Source: Gemmatimonadales bacterium (GTDB lineage Bacteria > Gemmatimonadota > Gemmatimonadetes > Gemmatimonadales > GWC2-71-9). From it: a DNA stretch of 52,990 nt. Within the stretch, counting starts at the first letter, position 1. Each line of letters opens with the position of its first letter. The position numbers and the translations under genes were made by a program. This document shows, piece by piece, positions 46,481 to 52,990 of the stretch. Location: contig DASYPZ010000033.1 of assembly GCA_036006105.1 (NCBI GenBank), positions 1-52,990 on the forward strand, read 5' to 3'. The notes under the pieces were generated by a model that was not told the DNA's origin, did not search any database, and saw nothing but the letters and a program-made list of their open reading frames with translations.

Positions 46481-47901
46481 CCTCGTGGAGGAAAGGGCTC
46501 GCCTCGGTATTGCTCGGCATCCTTGCAGGGCCGGTCGCGGCGCAGCGTCCCGCGGTCTCGCTCAACGTGCGCCAATACGTCAGCGTCGATACCGCGATCG
46601 TGGCCCTGACCCATGTCCGCGTCATCGACGGCACCGGCGCGCCTCCGCTCGAGAATCAGACCCTGATCATTCAGGGCGGCAACATCGCCGAGCTGGGGAA
46701 TGCGGCAGCGGTCACGGTGCCGGCCGGCGCCCAGGTCATCGACCTCTCGGGGAAGTCGGTGATCCCCGGTCTGGTGATGCTGCACGAGCATCTGTTCTAT
46801 CCCACCGGCCCGGGCGTCTACGGCAACCTCACGGAGAGCTTCTCGCGCCTGTATCTGGCCGGGGGCGTCACCTCGATGCGCACCGGCGGCAACATGAACG
46901 GATACGGGGAGATCGGCCTGGCCCGCTCGATCGACCGGGGGGAAAAGCCGGGACCGTGGATCGACGCCACCGCGCCGTACCTCGAGGGCCCCGGATTGCC
47001 GCTCGGCCAGGTCCACGAGCTCAAGGACGCGGACGACGCGCGGCGGATGGTGAAATTCTGGGCCGATGCGGGGGCCACCTCGTTCAAGGCCTACATGCAC
47101 ATAACCCGCGCCGAGCTGGGCGCCGCGGTGGAAGAGGCCCACAAGCGCGGACTCAAGGTGACCGGACATCTCTGCTCGGTCACTTATCACGAGGCCGCCG
47201 CGCTGGGCATCGACGACCTGGAGCACGGTTTCCTGGCGAGCACCGACTTCGTCACGGACAAGAAGCCCGACCTCTGTCCGCCCCAGACCGGCACCCAGGC
47301 GCTCGGCGCCCTGGACCCCGCCGGGCCCGAGATCGGCGGATTGATCGACGATCTCGTCAAACACCGCGTGGCCATGACCTCCACGCTGACGGTCTTCGAG
47401 ACCTTTACTCCTGGCCAGCCGATGCCCCCCGGCCAGGACATGCTCGAGCCCTCGCTCAAGCAGCAGTTCGAAGAGCGCTATGCCGCCACCCAGAAGAACA
47501 CCCGCTCGGTGTATCCCAAGCTGTTCGCCAATGACCGCGCCATGGAGTTGCGGTTCTTTCGCGCCGGCGGGCTGCTGGTGGCGGGGACCGATCCGACCGG
47601 TGGAGGCGGGGTGATCGCGGGATTCTCCGACCAACGCCAGGTCGAGCTGCTGGTGGAGGGCGGCTTCACGCCGCTCGAGGCGATCAAGGTCTGCACCCTG
47701 AACGGGGCGACCTACCTCGGCAAGGCCGCCCGGATCGGATCGCTGCTCAAGGGGAAGCAGGCCGACCTGGTGGTGATCGGCGGCGATCCATCCGTCACCA
47801 TCTCCGATATCCGGAATGTGGAGCTCGTCTTCAAGCAAGGAGTCGGGTACGACCCCGCCAAGCTCATCGCCTCGGTGAAAGGTAAGGTCGGGCTCTGGTA
47901 G
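46477..47901 (+). CDS. secreted amidohydrolase-family metallohydrolase
   Basis: Signal peptide. IPGLVMLHEHLFY (HxH metal ligands), SFKAYMH, and HLCSVT...H ligands. ATGA overlap upstream. Confidence 0.87.
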   Translation: MTSWRKGLASVLLGILAGPVAAQRPAVSLNVRQYVSVDTAIVALTHVRVIDGTGAPPLENQTLIIQGGNIAELGNAAAVTVPAGAQVIDLSGKSVIPGLVMLHEHLFYPTGPGVYGNLTESFSRLYLAGGVTSMRTGGNMNGYGEIGLARSIDRGEKPGPWIDATAPYLEGPGLPLGQVHELKDADDARRMVKFWADAGATSFKAYMHITRAELGAAVEEAHKRGLKVTGHLCSVTYHEAAALGIDDLEHGFLASTDFVTDKKPDLCPPQTGTQALGALDPAGPEIGGLIDDLVKHRVAMTSTLTVFETFTPGQPMPPGQDMLEPSLKQQFEERYAATQKNTRSVYPKLFANDRAMELRFFRAGGLLVAGTDPTGGGGVIAGFSDQRQVELLVEGGFTPLEAIKVCTLNGATYLGKAARIGSLLKGKQADLVVIGGDPSVTISDIRNVELVFKQGVGYDPAKLIASVKGKVGLW

Positions 47902-47908
47902 CCTCGGG

Positions 47909-50515
47909 TTAACGCCAGCGCGCCCGGATCCGCACCGTCCGCGTGAGCTCGTCGGCGGTTTGCAGGACCTTCTGCCGAAGATCCACGGGCAGCGCCGGGT
48001 GATCCGCGAGGTAGGCGTGCACCACATCCAGCGCCGGCTGGCTGGTCTGCCCCCCGAGAAACGCGCCGAGCCAGGACCCCAGATAAAAAATCCGGCGGTT
48101 GGCCTGGATGAACGCGAGCGAGTCGAGCGCCGGCCGGAGGTATGGCAGGGTCAGGGACTCATGCTCGATCGCATTGAACCCTCCAAGACTGCCGCTGGCC
48201 CAGTCCTCGTTGAGGCTTCGGTCGGCAAAGTATCGTCTGAAATATTCGGCCTTGCTGTCCGCGCTCTTGCGCGCGGCCCCCGATGTGAAGGCGTGGCGCC
48301 TGCCGTCCGGAGTGGTGTCCCGGGCAGTCTGCGCGCTCAGCGCCTGCGCCGCGGAGGGATCGTCGAGCACCAGGAGCCGGTCGACCACGCTCCACCGGGT
48401 CGGGTCCCGCACCGGTTCGCCAGCGGCCGAGTCGGCGACGAGCAGCGAGCGTAACTTGCCGATCCCGTCCGGTGTCGCCGCCACGGCGATGAATGCGTCG
48501 AGATGGCCGCGCCGGATCCCGTACGGTCTGCTCCCGTCGCGGGCCCCGTCCCAGAGGACGCGTTCCGCGTCGGCGCGCAGCCCGGCCGCCGCGTCGGGGG
48601 AGAGATAGGCCCGGAGGCTCCGTTCCAGCCGGCCCAGGAGTGCCGGCACGATCTGCTCATCCCGCTCGGCGGGGAGCTCCCGCAGCACCAGCTTCGCGAA
48701 ACGCGCCGGGTCCATTCTGGTGTCCCGGACTTGATCCCAGAGCGAACCCCAGAGCATCGCCCGAAGGAATGGGTCCCCCACCTGGCCGATGGCGCCGGCC
48801 TCCAGCGCCGCCACGCTGGCGGAATCGAGCGTCGTCAGGAAGTAGCCGTAGTCATCGGCGTTGGGAAACACGAATCGCGGTGCCGCCCGGCCGCGCGCCG
48901 CGGTCACTTCGGTGACAGCGGAGGTGAGGGTAACCGGAATCTTCACCGGTGCGAGGCTGTCGTAGTCGAGCAGCACTTCGGTCCGCATCGGCCATGGCCC
49001 CGTACCCGAGACCGACGCCTGGGCCGGGCGCTGGACCAGCTCGAGCCGGGCGATTTTTCCATCGCGCAACGCCAGCCTGGTCTCCACGACCGGCATCCCG
49101 GGCCGCAGCATGAAATTCCGGCCGAAGTCGCCGAGGGGCCGGCCCGCCGCATGCCCGATCGAGCCCAGCAGATCCTGCCAGGTGGCGTTGGCATAGGCAT
49201 GTGCGGTCAGAAACGCCCGCACCCCCGTCTGGAAGGCGGTATCTCCCACCAGGTAGTTGAGCTGCTTGAGCACACTGGGCGCCTTGTTGTACACGATGGC
49301 GCCGTAGGCGCTCTTCGCCTTGTCGAGATTGCTCATCGTTTGCCAGAGCGGGGTGGTCCCGGTGGTCTGGTCCACGCCGTAGGCTACCGGTTTGTTCGAC
49401 TGATAGAAGGTCTTCCACGCGCCGCTGGCGGAATCGAGGTCGGCCAGACCCTTGGCCCCCATGTAGGTGGCAAATCCCTCCTTGAGCCACAGGTCGTCGA
49501 ACCAGCGCATGGTGACGAGGTCGCCGAACCACTGGTGCGCGGTCTCGTGCAGGATGGTGGAGAACCGCCCAAGTCGGCGCGAGAGCGTCGGGCGCTCCCG
49601 AAAGATGAATCGATCCTCATTGTACATGATCACACCGGGGTGCTCCATGCCCCCGAAGGGAAACGCCGGCGCCAGCAGCATGTCGAACTTCTCGAACGGA
49701 TACTTGCTCCCGAAATACCGCTCCATCCAATCCAGCGAGCGCTGCTGCAACGCAAGCAGCGTATCGGCATCGGCCTCCCCGGCGCGCGAGTGCCGCAGAA
49801 AGAGGTTGACGGTGCGCCCGTGCACGGTGGAGGAGACCCGGGACCAGGGCCCGGCGGCAAACGCGATCAGGTAGGTGGGAAGGGGACGGGTCTCGGTCAA
49901 GCGGCTGGTCACCCGCTCGCCACCGGTATCGGCTCGCTGGACCGAGCCGTTGCCGAGGACGGTCCAGGCTTTCGGCGTCACCAGCGTGAGGGTGACCCGC
50001 GCCTTGAGGTCGGGCTGATCGAAACAGGGGAAGAGCTGATTCGCGTCGGCAGGCACCAGCAGGGTGTAGAGGTAATCGCTTCGGTCGGCCGGATCGTGCA
50101 CCCGGATGATGCTGGCACCCGAGGGCGCGATGTCGGAGACGAATGCGATCTCCACGGTGTTCGAGCCGGGTTTCAGCAGTCCGGCGGGGATGCGCAGGTG
50201 GTTTCCGTTGAATGCCGCGGCGCCGAGCGGGGAACCGTTGACGGTGATCGCGCCCAGCCGCCGGCCCCGAAAGTCGAGAATCGCATCCTGGATACCGGTG
50301 CGCACAAAACGGACCGTCACCCGGCCCACCGCGCTGTCGGGGGCGGTGACATCGAGGCTCAAGTCATAGCGCACATCGCGCACCGTGCGGGCGCGCCAGG
50401 TCGCGAGCTCATGGGAGATCCCATGTCCCAGGTAGGGAGCGGGAACTGATTGTGCGGAGAGTGGCGTTACCGGAGCGAGCAACAGTGCGGCGACGACGGG
50501 AGAATAAGGGCGCAT
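47909..50515 (-). CDS. M1-family aminopeptidase (aminopeptidase N-like), secreted
   Basis: Signal peptide. GGMEHPG exopeptidase motif. [26 protein letters not shown] (HExxH-X18-E). ATG at 50515. Confidence 0.92.
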   Translation of the reverse strand: [868 protein letters not shown]

Positions 50516-50566
50516 TCGGAAAAGATAGCGAACCCCTGCGTCGATCCTGCCCCCGTCCAAGAACAA

Positions 50567-50586
50567 GGGGCGCCGCTCGACGCCCC
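50567..50586 (-). terminator. intrinsic terminator candidate downstream of ahcY
   Basis: Minus strand reads GGGGCG-tcgagcgg-CGCCCC followed by TTGTTCTT. Confidence 0.5.
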
Positions 50587-50592
50587 CTCACC

Positions 50593-50628
50593 CCTGAATC
50601 CTGAATCCTGACCCCTAGTACCTGACCC

Positions 50629-50634
<6 letters not shown>
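50593..50634. repeat. short tandem repeats at the ahcY 3' end
   Basis: CCTGAAT x2 followed by CCTGACCCCTAGTA x2. The last copy contains the ahcY stop codon (50629-50631). Confidence 0.85.
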
Positions 50635-52112
<1,478 letters not shown>

Positions 52113-52116
<4 letters not shown>

Positions 52117-52990
52117 ACGCGGAACTCCGGTTCAGTGAGCGGTGAACGGCTGGGGGAAAGCGGCAGGCGCCTGGCGATCCCCGTCGCCGCAAAAAGTGCG
52201 GGTCCCTTGGCTTCCGTATCGGAGGGCAGGCGGATGAATCGGACCCCGCCGAATCCGGCCTCCTCCATCCAGCCGCGGATCTGTTCCTCGCTGAATCCCA
52301 GCCACTGATGACCCATCTGGTCCCGATAGTCGGCGTTGTCGTGGGGCAGCATGTCGACCGTCAGGAGCTTGCCCCCGGTGCCGAGACAGCGGCGGGCATC
52401 GGCCAGCACCCGCACCGGATCGATGGTGTGATGCAGCACCAGCACCAGCAGGGCGGCGTCCAATTCGCCCTGGGCCACCGGGAGCGCTTCCAGGGTGCCC
52501 TGCCGGAGCTGAACATTGGGCAGATCCCGAGCCCGCTGGGCGGCGCTCTTGAGCATGGCCGGCGATTCATCGACCGCCACCACCCGGCGCACGAACGGAG
52601 CGAGCGCCGCGGCAAGGTGACCGGTGCCGCAACCCAGGTCTCCGACGGTCCAGTCCTCGTCGAGGAGCCCGAGGAGCGCCTGCAGCTCGGGCCGTTCCCC
52701 GAACAGCTCCCGGCGAAGCTTGTCCCACTGGCCGGCGGTGGAGGCAAAGAATCGCTGCGAAGTCAGGTGGCGCTCGGTCAGAATCTGCCGAAGGCGCTCG
52801 GCATCCCTTTCGGCGGCCGCGGAGCTGGCCACCTCGTCTCGCACGGCCTGCCAGAGGCGCCGGGCGGCGGCCGGGAAATCCCGGGTAGGCATCCGGTACC
52901 AGTTGCTGGTACCCTCGCTCCTCTGGAACACTAACCCCAGGTCCGCCAACACTTTGAGATGCCGACTCACGGTAGACTGGGGCAGCCGAA
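52113..52990 (-). CDS. ArsR-family HTH fused to a SAM-dependent-methyltransferase-like domain (SahR-like regulator); N-terminus beyond the window edge
   Basis: The frame stays open to the window end and reads ...[19 protein letters not shown] (ArsR recognition helix). Methyltransferase motif [13 protein letters not shown]. The stop overlaps the ahcY ATG (ATGA). Confidence 0.85.

Overview
This is a very GC-rich bacterial chromosomal segment; third codon positions are almost all G/C. It looks like a diderm, possibly Gemmatimonadota or Acidobacteriota-like, but that is only an impression. The window is densely coding, with about 41 credible CDS, and many neighbouring genes are joined by ATGA/GTGA start-stop overlaps. 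I found no rRNA, tRNA, CRISPR array, transposase, integrase or phage gene. The many long Arg/Pro/Gly-rich ORFs in the track are antisense or out-of-frame artefacts of the GC content.

Contents from left to right:
- A sigma-54 two-component module, apparently wired to a tiny secreted polylysine peptide.
- A seven-gene operon that looks like a polar head-group or phosphodiester biosynthesis pathway (3692-10121). It encodes a HAD hydrolase, a nucleotidyltransferase, an ATP-grasp enzyme, a class-III aminotransferase, a CDP-alcohol phosphotransferase, a Gfo/Idh/MocA oxidoreductase and a flippase-like protein.
- A minus-strand run of an ABC exporter, a Tat-signal aminotransferase and two paralogous zinc-ribbon Ser/Thr kinases with Sel1 ectodomains.
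- Two divergent LytS/LytTR pairs, then a PQQ dehydrogenase, a DUF5916-type outer-membrane protein and efp.
- A 14-kb, eight-gene MoxR/VWA (Bat-like) envelope locus (30720-44739). It carries a cysteine-free caspase-fold protein, a TPR-flanked HExxH peptidase and a 1159-aa coiled-coil, low-complexity protein.
- A small amino-acid/peptide metabolism group, an M1 aminopeptidase, and a SahR-like regulator overlapping ahcY.

The two best candidates for an undescribed system are the 3692-10121 operon and the 30720-44739 locus. All family names come from motif recognition by eye; no database search was run.
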